Made by a program: the position numbers and the translations under genes
Shown here: in pieces, positions 1 to 48,480 of the stretch
Layout of the letters: each line of letters begins with the position of its first letter
Numbering within the stretch: position 1 is the stretch's first letter
From: the human T2T-CHM13v2.0 reference genome, Homo sapiens
Length of the DNA stretch: 64,000 nucleotides
Direction: 5' to 3' (one strand)
Assembly: GCF_009914755.1 (NCBI RefSeq)
Contig: NC_060925.1
Notes under the pieces: generated by a model
What the model was told of the DNA's origin: nothing
The model's database searches: none
What the model saw: only the letters and a program-made list of their open reading frames with translations

Positions 1-173
1 CAGGGAGAGCATGGATGTTAGGTAATCACTCAAAACTTGGTTCAGGTTGGCAAACACTTAATGAAGCCTGAGCTATACCAGGCCTGAGCAGGTCCTGAAG
101 ACACAGATGAATCAGACCTTGTCTTTCTCCTGATGTGAAGAGTTGAGATTTTAGTGGGGGAGATAAATATTAA

Positions 174-612
<439 letters not shown>

Positions 613-1435
613 AAAGCAGCATTTGAACTGAGTTTTGAAGAAAGAATTGAGGTTAACCATTCAAAGAAGGGGAAATGGACTTTTCTGACAGAGGGACCAG
701 CAAAAGCAAATACATGGTACTATGAACCTGTACTCTCAATCACAGGTGTTTTAGGGAACTACATATTATTCAGTGTCAACAGAGTAAAATTTGAATGTGG
801 AAAGGGATGGTAAAGAGGAGACTGTAGACATAAGTGGGAGCTGGTTATGAAAGGCCATGAATGTGACACTAAGGACTTTGTGCTTTATTCTATGGGGGAG
901 TTCAGTGTGGAGGATAAGAGCACTGGATCTGGAATCACATTGCCTGTGTTTGCTTCCTGGCAGTACCACTTACTGGTTGTGTGTCCTTGAGCAAGTTACT
1001 TAACCTTTCTGTGCATCTGTGACCTTTTTCCAAAGGGGATATTAACATTGCTTATATCATATGGTGATTGAATTAATACATGTCAAGCACTTAGAACTGT
1101 GCTTGCCACATACAGAATGTGCAAATGTTAGCTATTAAAATAATTAGCCATAGGTAGCGGAGAACTACTGAAAATTTTAAACAGACAGTAACAGGATCAC
1201 ATGTCTACATTGGGAAGATCACAGTATTTTGTGGCTAATATGGAGGATGGATTTGGGGACAAAGTCTGGATGGGAGAATAGGCGAAGATTATTGTAGCAT
1301 GGGAGAGAGGAGGAAGCCTGAATAAGGACAGCAGCTATAGGGAAGGAGAGGATTTCATCAGTTAAGCCCCAGGGCCACTTGGCCGCCCTGAGCCAGCCTT
1401 TTCATTTTCTCTGTGGCTCCCTCAAGATGTATCCT

Positions 1436-1742
1436 GGCTGGGCGCAGTGGCTCATGCCTGTAATCCTAGCACTTTGGGAAGCCAAGGCAGGTGAATCACA
1501 TGAGGCCAAGCGTTTGAGACCAGCCTGGCCAATGTGGCAAAACCCTGTCTACTAAAAATACAACAACAACAACAAAAAAATTAGCTGGGCGTGATGGTGC
1601 ATATCTGTAATCCCCGCTGCTTGGGAGGCCGAGTCATGAAAATTGCTTGAACCTGGGAGGCAGAGGTTGCCATGAGCCAAGATCACGCCACTGTACTCCA
1701 ACCTGAGAAACAGAGTGAGACTCTGTCTCCAAAAAAAAAAAC
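1436..1742 (+). mobile_element. Alu
   Basis: GGCTGGGCGCAGTGGCTC through to poly-A. Confidence 0.95.
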
Positions 1743-1769
1743 AAGATATATCCTGTTAAATCACAGCAC

Positions 1770-1886
1770 AGCAGTGCGTGCCTGTAATCCCAGCTACTTG
1801 GGAGGCTGAGGTGAAAGAATTATTTGAGGCCAGGAGTTTGAGACTAGCCTGGGCCACAGAGTGAGAACCTGTCTCAAAAGAAAAAA
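1770..1886 (+). mobile_element. Alu monomer (FLAM-like)
   Basis: Single-arm Alu sequence with an A tail. Confidence 0.8.
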
Positions 1887-2032
1887 GTTAATTCACATAT
1901 ATAATACATGTCCACAGAGATTTGAAAAATACATTAAAATATAAAGAAAAAACAAAACTCATCTATAATACAATACCCAGAAACAACAGGAGTTGTGCAA
2001 ACAACAGTAGTTGTTTCTGGGTATCGTATTAA

Positions 2033-2345
<313 letters not shown>

Positions 2346-2477
2346 TAAATTCTAACATTTTATGGAACTTTCTTCTAATTTTGTGAGTGTGTCTTTATCC
2401 TCCCTCACCTCCATCTCTTTACCCAAAGAGAAAGGGAGAATCAAGAGGCTCATTCTAGACACGTGATTTTATGTCCT

Positions 2478-2780
2478 GTTTTTTGTTTTGTTTAAGAGAC
2501 AGGGTCTCACTCTGTTGCCCAGGCTGGAGTGCAGAGGCATGATCATAGCTCAATGTAACCTTCAACTTCTGGGCTTAAGTGATCTCCCACCTCAGCCTGC
2601 CAAGTAGCTAGGACTACAGGTGCATGCCACCATACCTGACTAATTGTTTTAAATTTTTTTGTAGAGACAGGATCTTGTTATGTTGTCCAGGCTGGTCTCA
2701 AACTCTTGACTTCAAGTGATCCTCCCACCTCAGCCTCCCAAAGTACTGGGATTACAGGCATGAGCTGCTGTGCTTAGCCT
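2478..2780 (-). mobile_element. AluJ-like
   Basis: Diverged Alu dimer. Confidence 0.9.
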
Positions 2781-4484
2781 GTCCTGCCTTTTTTTTATTT
2801 TTTTAACATATAGTATGGGCATTCTTGTGTGTCACTAAATATTCTTTGAAAATGTGATTTTTAATGTCCTGTTAACTTACTGTTTCATCATATCTTACCA
2901 TATGTTTAGCCAGCCCCTACTTGGCCACTTGAGTTGTCTCAGTTTTCATTATTCTAAATAATATGAATAGGAACATCTTTCTCACCTTTTTATGGCTCCA
3001 GTTCTGCTCGTTTTCCTTCCCATGGGCCTGTAGAGTGAGACAATGTCCCACTTTCCCTTTTCTGGCTCGCCCGACCCACTTATCCAGTTGGGAACAGGGA
3101 GTAAAAAAGTAGTTGTTCCATGGGGTCAGGGTCCGAGAGAAGTGGGCATGTGGGGCAGGTTGTACGAGTGTGATGGGGAAAGAGGGGTGAGATCCTGAGG
3201 GCCACCGCAGGGACTGCTGGGTCTATATACAATTTTAGGATGGGGATACTTATTTATGTTTGAAGTAGAAGAAAAGGAGCCCATGGAGAAAGAATGAAGA
3301 TATTAGAGAGACAAAAGGCTCAAGATTAGATGGACAGATTAGCTACAGGGAAAAAGAGAAGGAAGAGGAATCCTTGCTTCAGCACCTTGAAGGAAGAACA
3401 AAGACACAGATGTAAACCTTCAGTAGACTTTGGGGGTGCTTTCAGAGAGTTAGAGAGTAGTGTACCCTCCAGTTTGGGGTAAGCAGGGCGTTCCTATTGA
3501 CTGACTTGCTTTCTCTTTGAAGAGGGCACAGGGCAGGAGTTATCTGCTGAGGGTAAAGGGAAGGAAGGAGCATTCATTAGGGGGATAAGGAGAGGATTTT
3601 GAGCGTAAAAGAGAGAAAAGTGAAGGTCTACCTAGAATAGTCAGACAAGAGAAAGAAAGAAAGGTCATCCAAACTGGAAAATAAGTCAAATTATCCTTGT
3701 TTGCAGATGATATGATCTTTTATTTGGAAAAACCTAATGGCTCCACCAAAAAACTATTAGAACTGATAAACAAATTCAGTAAAGTTGCAAGATACAAAAT
3801 CAACATACAGAAAATCAGTAGCATTTCTGTATGTCAGCAGCAGACAATGTGAAGAAGAAATCAAGAAAGTAATCCCATTTACGATAGTTTAAAATAAAAT
3901 ACCTAGGAATTAACCAAAGAAGTGAAAGATCTCTACAATGAAAACTATAAAACATCGATGAGAGAAATTGAAGTGGACTCCAAAAATTGGAATGATATTC
4001 CATGTTCATGGATTGGAAGAATCAGTATTGTTAAAATGCCCACACTGCCTAAAGCAGTCTACAGATTCAGTACAATTCCTATCAAAATACCAATGACATT
4101 CTTCATAGAAATAGAGAAAACAATCCTAAAATTTATATGGAACCACAAAAGACCCAGAATAGCCAAAGCTATTCTGAGCAAAACAAACAAAACTGGAGGA
4201 ATCACATTACCTGACTTCAGATTATACTACAAAGCTATAGTAACCAAAAACAGCATGGTACTGGCATAAAAACAGACACATAGACCAATGGAACAGAATA
4301 GAGAACCCAGAAGCCATATATCTACAATGAACTCATTTTTGACAGATGCCAAGAACATACATTGGGGAAAGAACAGTCTCTTCAATAAATGGTTCTGGGA
4401 AGACTGGATATTCATATGCAGAAGAATGAAACTAGACTCCTATCTCACAAAAATCAAATCAAAATGGATTAAAGACTTAAATCT

Positions 4485-4809
<325 letters not shown>

Positions 4810-5920
4810 TCAAACTATGAAACTACTAAAAGAAAGCATTGGAGAAACGCTCCATGACACTGGACTGGGCAAAGATTTCTTTTCTGTGTCTAATCTAGCA
4901 GATTAACTCAATATCCTGCTCTATTTAATACTGTTAAGCAGAAGGAAATAACTAATTTCAATTTTAAACTCACAAAACAAAGGAAACAAAATCATCTCAC
5001 TACAGGCCTTTGACAAAGAACATGAGTCATTTGCTATAGCTGCCAGGCATCAGTGTATGGCGAGGAACGGGGGCTTGAGGTTGCCCAGGCAAGGCCTCTG
5101 AGGTGGGGTATATTGGGGGTTGGGGGGGGATCTTGATAGCACTGAGTTGCTGGATCCTGTGCTGCCCTGCCTGGGTGGGGAGCAGGGTGAGGGAGGCCAT
5201 TCCTCTTCTGTAGAAAATGCCAACCCCCAGTACAGGGACTCTGGCAGCTGAATTGGTGACTGTAAAGCCTGATCTATATGAAATCAAAGGCACATGTGGA
5301 AATCCACTCCCAGCAAAGGGGGAGTCCTTGGGGGAAGCCAGCTGGGTTTCTGTAGGATCCCCTCTGAAATGTCAGCATTTGAAAAACACAACCCAAAAGT
5401 AGAGGATCTACAGGGAACTTTATTCTCTCACTTCTGTCTTCATGGAGGGCACTGCCCCTTGGGAAGACCAGGTTGGCTTCTGGCACAGGTATCCCCCATC
5501 TTCTTGGGCACCTGTGGCATTGCCAGCAGGCCAGAGCGGGCAGCTGGCAGTGTTGGCTCTAGCCTGACCCAGGGGGCCCAGTTAGGATGCCCTCTACCCA
5601 TGGCAGGGGTGATGGCTACTTCTCCATGGTTCATGCATGAAGCTTCCAGCCCTTTCCAGCTCAGGGAACACATGCAGAATGACAGTCACCCAGCAGACTG
5701 GAAACTGCCTCCTCTCCAAAAGTCTGGCTCCTGAACACCCTCCTCCCTGGGAAGGGCTTTAGCCCCTTTGAGATTGGGCAGGAACCAGAAGAACAGTTTC
5801 TCTGCTTTGCCATGTCTGCAACCTAGGGCTCACCCAGCCCCATCAAGTGCTGAGCTCCAGCACTGTCCACACAGTGGAAACCAAGTGAAATGACTTTGGC
5901 TTGTGGAGGGGGAAGAATGA

Positions 5921-6291
<371 letters not shown>

Positions 6292-6534
6292 ACTTCATCC
6301 ACTGTCTGTCCGCTTCCTGTGTAAGGCCGACCACCCAGCCCCCAAACAACCCTTAAAATGAGACCCAAACCAAAGACCTAACATATAAGCCTCAAATCAG
6401 TAAACCTCTCCTGAAACAGGCAGAGGAACTGCCTGCCCAGAAATACTCACAATAGGCTGTGCAGATTGTAAAGAGATCAACAGCTTCACCCACGCTCTGC
6501 ATAAACTCTGGTACTGGCTGTGTTCTCCATAGAA

Positions 6535-6799
6535 GGTCTCGCTGTGTTGCCTGGGCTGGAGTGCAGTGGTGTGAACACAGCTCACTGCAGCCTTGATCTC
6601 TTGGGCTTAAGTGATTCTCCTGCCTCAGACTCCTGAGTAGCTGAGACCACAGGTGCATTTCACCACTCAGCTAATTTTTAGTTTTTTTGTAGAGATGAGG
6701 TCTCTACCAAGCTGGTCTCTAACTCCTGGGCTCAAGCGATCTTCCCATCTTGGCCTCCCAAAGTGCTGGGATTACACATGTGAACCACTATGCTTGGCT
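6535..6799 (-). mobile_element. AluJ-like, no poly-A tail
   Basis: The Alu body ends at GAGACC and runs directly into unique sequence. Confidence 0.9.
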
Positions 6800-7333
6800 C
6801 AAAGATTTATTGATAATACCCTGCAAGCACAAGCGTGCAAAGCAAAAATGGACAAATAGGATCACATCAAGTTAAAAAGCTGCACAGCAAAGGAAACAAT
6901 AAACAAAGTGAGGAAACAACCACAGAATGGGAGAAAATATTTGCAAACCACCCATCTGACAAGGGATTAATTACCAGAATATATAAGGAGCTCAAACAAC
7001 TCTATAAGAAAAAAAAATCCAATAATCTGATTTTAAAATGGGATTTTTTTTATCTTAAAAAAGATCTCAATAGACATTTCTCAAAAGAAGGCATACATAT
7101 GGCAAACAGGTATATGAAAAAGTGTTCAATATCATTGATCATCAGAGAAATGCAAATGAAAACTGCAATGAGGTATCATTTCACCCCAGTTAAAATGGTT
7201 TTTATCCAAAAGACAGGCAATAACATGCTGGTGAGGATGTGGAGAAAAGGTAACCTTGTGCACTCTTGGTAGAAATGTAAATTAGTACAACCACTATGAA
7301 GAACAGTTTGGAGGTTCCTCAAAAAACAAAATA

Positions 7334-7620
7334 GGCTGGGCACGGTGCCTCATACCTGTAATCCCAGCACTTTGGGAGGCCGAGGTGGGAGTTTGAGACC
7401 AGCCTGGCCAACATGGTGAAACCTTGTCTCTACTAAAAATACAAAAACTAGCTGAGCGTGATGGCAGATGCCTGTAATCCCAGCTACTCGGGAGCCTGAG
7501 GCAGAGAATTGCTTGAATCTGGGAGGCAGAGATTGCAGTGAGCCGAGATAGTGTCACTGCACTCCAGCCTGGGTGACAGAGCAAGACTCCATCTCAAACA
7601 AAAAACAAAACAAAACAAAA
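7334..7620 (+). mobile_element. Alu in L1
   Basis: Alu consensus with a (CAAAA)n tail. Confidence 0.92.
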
Positions 7621-8149
7621 CTGAAAATAGAGCTACCATATGATCTAGCAATCCTCCCTCCTAGGTGTATACCCAAAAGAAAGGAAATCAGTATATGGAA
7701 GAGATATCTGCACTCCCATGTTTATTACAGCACTATTCACAATAGACAAGATCTGGAAGCAGCCTGAGTGTTCATTGACAGATGAATGGATAAAGAAAAT
7801 GTGGTACATATATACAATGGAATACTATTCAGCCATAAAAAAGAATGAGATCCTGTCATTTGCAACAACATGGATGGAACTGGAGGACATTATGTTAAGT
7901 GAAATAAGCCAGGCACAGAAAGACAAACTTGGCATGTTATTTATTTGTGAGAGCTAAAAATTAAAACAATTGAACTAATGAAGATGGAGAGTGGAACGAT
8001 GGTTACCAAAGGCTGGGAAGGGTAGCTGGGGGAGGTGGAAGGGGAGATGGTTAATGGGTACAAAAATAGAGTTAGAAAGAATGAATAAGATCTAGTACTT
8101 GATAGCACAGTAGACTGACTACAGTCAACAGTAATTTATTGTACATTTA

Positions 8150-8551
<402 letters not shown>

Positions 8552-8647
8552 TTAATTGTTATACATTGTATTCCTGTATCAAAATATCTCATGTGCTCCA
8601 TAAATATATACACCTTCTATGTACCCACAAAAATTTTTAAAAAAAAA

Positions 8648-8810
8648 TTTTTTTTTATACAGTCTCACTCTGTAGCCCAGGCTGGAGTGCAGTGGCGTGA
8701 TCTCTGCTCACTGCAACCTCTGCCTTCCAGGTCCCAGTTAAGCAATTCTCTTGCCTCCCAAGTAGCTGGGATTACAGGTGCCCACCACCATGCACAGCTA
8801 ATTTTTGTAA
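8648..8810 (-). mobile_element. Alu right arm (truncated)
   Basis: Partial antisense Alu. Confidence 0.85.
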
Positions 8811-9295
8811 AATTGAAAAGGTCCAGAATAGCCTCTGTGTGTACAGAAGGTAGGAGTCTCCATGGTGACAGCTGATCTTGGGCTGGTCAGTATGCTTAGA
8901 AATAAAAAAGCATTAAAAAGTATGAGAATAAAAAAGGCTTTGCCGGGCTGAGGAGGGGCAGCTCATAAGACATCCTGTAGGCCAAGGTAGAAGAAGCTAT
9001 TAATAGAAGATCTTATAGTGCCCCCATGTGGGGGGTTGGGGAAGCCCAGTGTGGAGGACCCTAAGCAGAGGGAAGTTGTGACCCCAGATAAAGATGACTA
9101 ATGACTAGGGACCTGGGCTGAGGACTGATGGAGATTGGATAAGGGGGAAATTGGCTGTGGAGTCATACCTTAGACCCTGGTTGGGTAGGAAGTCAGGATC
9201 GCCTAGATGGAGCTATGGAGAATAAACAGAGCAGAAGTGTAGTGGTCTGTGCCACCCTGACCGTCCTGTCTCAGTCTTTCCCATGTGCTTCTTAG

Positions 9296-44733
<35,438 letters not shown>

Positions 44734-45424
44734 GGGAGTGGACTGGACCACTGAATGTCACTGTTCCTTGAATCATGGGCCTACCAGATTGCCTGCCAGA
44801 GGCAGGACTGACCAGCCCTTCTGGGCCCCAGGGCAAGCCAGACACTGAGTGACACCAAAGGCTTTGTAACTATGTCTTGAGGGTCTGCTGCCCCAGCCTG
44901 GCAGCAGGAACCGCCCTCCCCAAACACCCACAGCCACTGACCCATCCAGGACTCCAGAGAGTCAGGTCAACCCCGAGGACCCCTTGGGCCCTTCTGGGGT
45001 ACTCCTTTCGGCCCCCCTGGTAGAGTCTCGGGAGTTCACACAGGGTGGCAAACACCCCCTAGAGCTCCTCTGCCTGAATCCTGCCCCCTAGCCTTTGACC
45101 ACTGTCAGCCACCTGTGTCCCTTGAGCCTTCGGGTCTTCACTTCCCACTTGGACATCACTGCTGGACATTCCCATCGAGATGACACCTGGGTTCCAATCC
45201 CAGCTCTGCCTTTGAAGCACTTGCGGCCACCGTCAAGTCCCTTTGCTCTCGGACCCTGGGTTTCTCATCCTTTAATGAGGTGGGTTCAGAAGCTCTCCCA
45301 TCTTCACAGCAACCCTGGCACTGGCTTCTCAATGGGAGGGAAGCAGCAGAGAAACTGAAGTGTTAGACACTATGTGTCCCACCACCCCATTACAGAGACA
45401 TATGACAATGTTCAGCAGGTCATC

Positions 45425-45430
45425 TTTAAT
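45425..45430 (-). terminator. HYI polyadenylation signal ATTAAA
   Basis: tttaat on + about 60 nt past the HYI stop; a second copy at 45271-45276. Confidence 0.7.
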
Positions 45431-45490
45431 GCAGAGGAGGAGATGGGATGTCACTCGCTGTCTGGAGGCACGTGGGTGGTGTGCGGGCCC

Positions 45491-48046
45491 TCACTGGCCA
45501 GCCTCTGGGTGGCCCCGCCTATCCCAGTATGAACGTAGCCAACTCAAGCCCTCTACTGTGTCTCCTGCAGGGAGAGGGAGGCCTCGGCACCTCAGCCCAC
45601 AAGGAGAAAACAGCCCCTGTCCGGGTCCCTCCAGAGCTCCCTTCCCCAGGGCCACGCCTCACCTCGAGGCTGATACTCACAGCCCACGAAGCCTTTGTAG
45701 CCTTCATCTTCCAGCAGTTGAAACAGATAGGGGAAATTCAGCTCTCCGGGGCTGCTGGGCTCCCCTCGGCCTGGGACCTGTGCCACCTGCACATGCCCTG
45801 GGGACAGATGTGGACAAATGTGGGGTCCAGGCTCCTGCCAGGGCCTGAAGGACAGATGTGGGGATTGAAAGGGTGGGAGGGCAAAGGAAGGTCCTCTCAC
45901 CAACAATGGGCAGGAACTCCCGGATGTTTCCTGTCAGGTTCCCATCCATGATCTGCCAGTGGAATATGTCCTAGGGAAGAGGATACTACATTCCGAGACC
46001 CCGCAGGCCCCGCCCTCCTTCCGATCTGCGAAGTACCCCCTTCCACTTACCATTTGTAATTGGAGGTTGGGTCTTCCTACCTTCTGTAAGATGGCTGCCG
46101 CTGTAAGAGAAGCCAGGGAGGGGACCGTGAGCCTCAAGAGCACAGGAATCAAAAGGGACAGAAGGAGAGACAGGGCTGGGGTCGTACCCTGCTGGGGCGT
46201 GTCCAGGAAGTACTGGGGGTCAGTGATGCGGGTGTTGATGGGCTCCAGCAGTCCCACGAGGTCCTCCTAGCAGCATGTCGGGTGCTGTGAATAGAGCTCC
46301 TTCCCAAGTTTGTCCCCCATCAGTCAGTCACTGGTCAAGGCCCTCACCTGTTCCTCTGACCTAGGCTGGCAGCCTCACGTGCTGTCCCCACTGTGCACCC
46401 CCTTCTCCGCACACCCACAGAGACATGTAAGTACGTGTGTGTTTCCACCTTTCTCACCTGAGCCAAAACCCCAGCTGCATGCCTCAGGTTCTCCAGAAAA
46501 ACGGCCTCCATCTCAGCCTTGACTGCTATTCGATCAGCTCCCTGGGGTACTCGGCCAGCCATCAGGTGGATCCTGTGGGGAAGATGGACTGGAGGCCTTG
46601 CCTCCCTTGGCTCTCTCTGCACCTCTTCCAGGATTCCCTGACTGTGCCAGCCCTCGTCCGTCTCCCCAGGTCTCCAGTCCATGGCACCTGGGTCACGATG
46701 CCCAGGTATCCCAGCACTTTCAGAGACACTTCAGTGATGGCTGAGGGGCAAGCCCTTTCCCAGACATCTCAGTGTCCACCCACCGCCTCCTGCCTCCAGT
46801 ACTTTCCAAAACCTTTCCTTCCCTCGGTCCTTCTCCGCAACCTGTAACCTGCTAAATTCTCACCTTTAAAAATTGTCCTGACCTTTGCTTGCCCTTCTCA
46901 GGTATTCCATGCTGCTGTCTCTACTTCCTCTCCTCGCATCTACTTAGCCTTTTCCCATCTGTTTTCTGCCCCCACCATTGACCAGTAGTGATCCCCTCTT
47001 GCCAGTTCCTTCTGAGCCTGTTTGGCCTCTGCAGGATTTGACATTTGAATCAGCCCCACTTTGAGCCGTCCACCTCCTCCCATCATCCCCTGATCTTAGC
47101 CACATCCAGCTCCAAGCAGACATTCCAGGCCTCCCCATCCCAACAGGCTACATACATGTCCAGCCTCAGGAACGCTGCCAAATACACCAGGCCTCCTCTT
47201 GCCACAGCACCCTTGCAAGGAACACTCAACTTCCTGCCCATCAAGCAATGCCCACTCCTTGAAGACAGTCCAAGCATCACTACCTGTAAGCAGCTTTCTC
47301 TGATCCAGACAGGGTTAGGTGCCTACCCTGCTCCCACAGCTTCCTGGAATAGGCCTGTCCTCAAATGCATCACTGTATATATTTACTCTCCTATCTGCCT
47401 AGGCAGACTGAGCTCCCAGCATGGGATCCCAGCATGGGGTGAGCATGAAAGAGTGGCAAACAGAGTGGCATAAGACAGATAAAATACAAAAGGCAATTTA
47501 CAAAGGACCAGGACCGCAGAGGCAGAGATAAACCAGTGGGCTCAGACTTCTGAGCGTCTCAGATCTGGCGTCCTCGACTCCCTGAACCTGCATCAGGGTC
47601 ATGGGTCACAGGGGTGGGGGTGGGGTGGAGCGGGGTACCTGGGACAGCCCAGGGCTTTGGCATACCGCACGGCCTGCTCCAGTCCCTCTCGGAAGGCCGC
47701 CTGTCTCCCGGGGACGGCCCCCAGCCCCATTTCCCCCTTCTCTTGGTCTCCTGCAGAGAGAACGGGCCTCAGCCCCCGGCTCGGACACTCCCCTGCCCGC
47801 GCCCCGGCACCCCCCAGCCCTCCCAGCCCTCCCGGCCCGCGACGCACCCGGGGGCGTGTTGATCAGTACAAGCCGCAGCCCCGCTTCTCGCGCGGCGCGC
47901 GCCAGCGCCTCAGGCGTCTCCGCGTACGGCCAGGCCACCTCGACGGCCTCGAAGCCCGAGCTGCCCGCGGCCCGCACCCGCGCGGGGAGGCCGGGGAGCT
48001 CGGGGAATAGCCAGGACAGATTGGCGGAGAAGCGCAGCGGCGCCAT
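45491..48046 (-). CDS. HYI: Putative hydroxypyruvate isomerase, 277 aa, 8 exons
   Basis: ATG at 48046 (MAPLRFSANLSWLFPELP, the typical Hyi-family N-terminus). Exons 47848-48046, 47639-47750, 46458-46572, 46188-46266, 46051-46100, 45901-45970, 45663-45797, 45491-45564. All introns are GT-AG; total 834 nt. Motifs LLEPIN, DIFHWQ, HVQVAQVPGRGEP and GFVGCEY are present. Confidence 0.97.
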
Positions 48047-48400
48047 GCCTGGGGAGGCCGGGCCGGGTGGAGTCCGCGGGATCCAAAGGCGGCGGGCGGC
48101 GGGCGGCGGGCGGCGGGCGGGGGCGGGGCTCTCCTTGCTGGCCCTGCGAACGAACGAGCACTGTTCGTGGTTAGAAAAGCGAAGTGCTGTAAAAACCCGG
48201 GCCTTCACGAAAAGCGCCTACGGTTAGCGAGAGAGGGATCACGGGGAGAGGCGAAGGGGCGGAGCGAGGGCGGCCGGAAAAGGAGCAGGACCCGCGCCTG
48301 GAGAAGGTAGGGAGGCCGAGCTCCAGGGCCTGAGAGCCGGACGCGAAGCAAGAGAGAGCTGGCTGCCCGAGGGCCCGGTTGCAATGATGGGACGCGCACT
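47600..48400. promoter_or_regulatory. CpG island / HYI promoter with GC boxes
   Basis: Very GC- and CpG-rich over HYI exons 1-2 and upstream; GGGCGG boxes at 48094-48128. Confidence 0.85.
48088..48128 (+). repeat. (GGCGGCG)4 heptamer repeat plus GGGCGGGG
   Basis: Read directly from the sequence. Confidence 0.9.
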
Positions 48401-48474
48401 TTAATACTGAGTCTTTCCTCTGATTATAAAAATGCTATCTGTTCGTTAAGCAACATTTGAAAGCTGTATGACCA

Positions 48475-48480
48475 AATAAA
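48475..48480 (+). terminator. Polyadenylation signal AATAAA, probably for SZT2
   Basis: First canonical hexamer seen after the SZT2 stop; T-rich sequence follows. Confidence 0.65.

Noticed and set aside
47601-48227. 208-aa + strand ORF over the CpG island
   Set aside because: Antisense shadow of HYI exons 1-2 in very GC-rich DNA; low-complexity translation.
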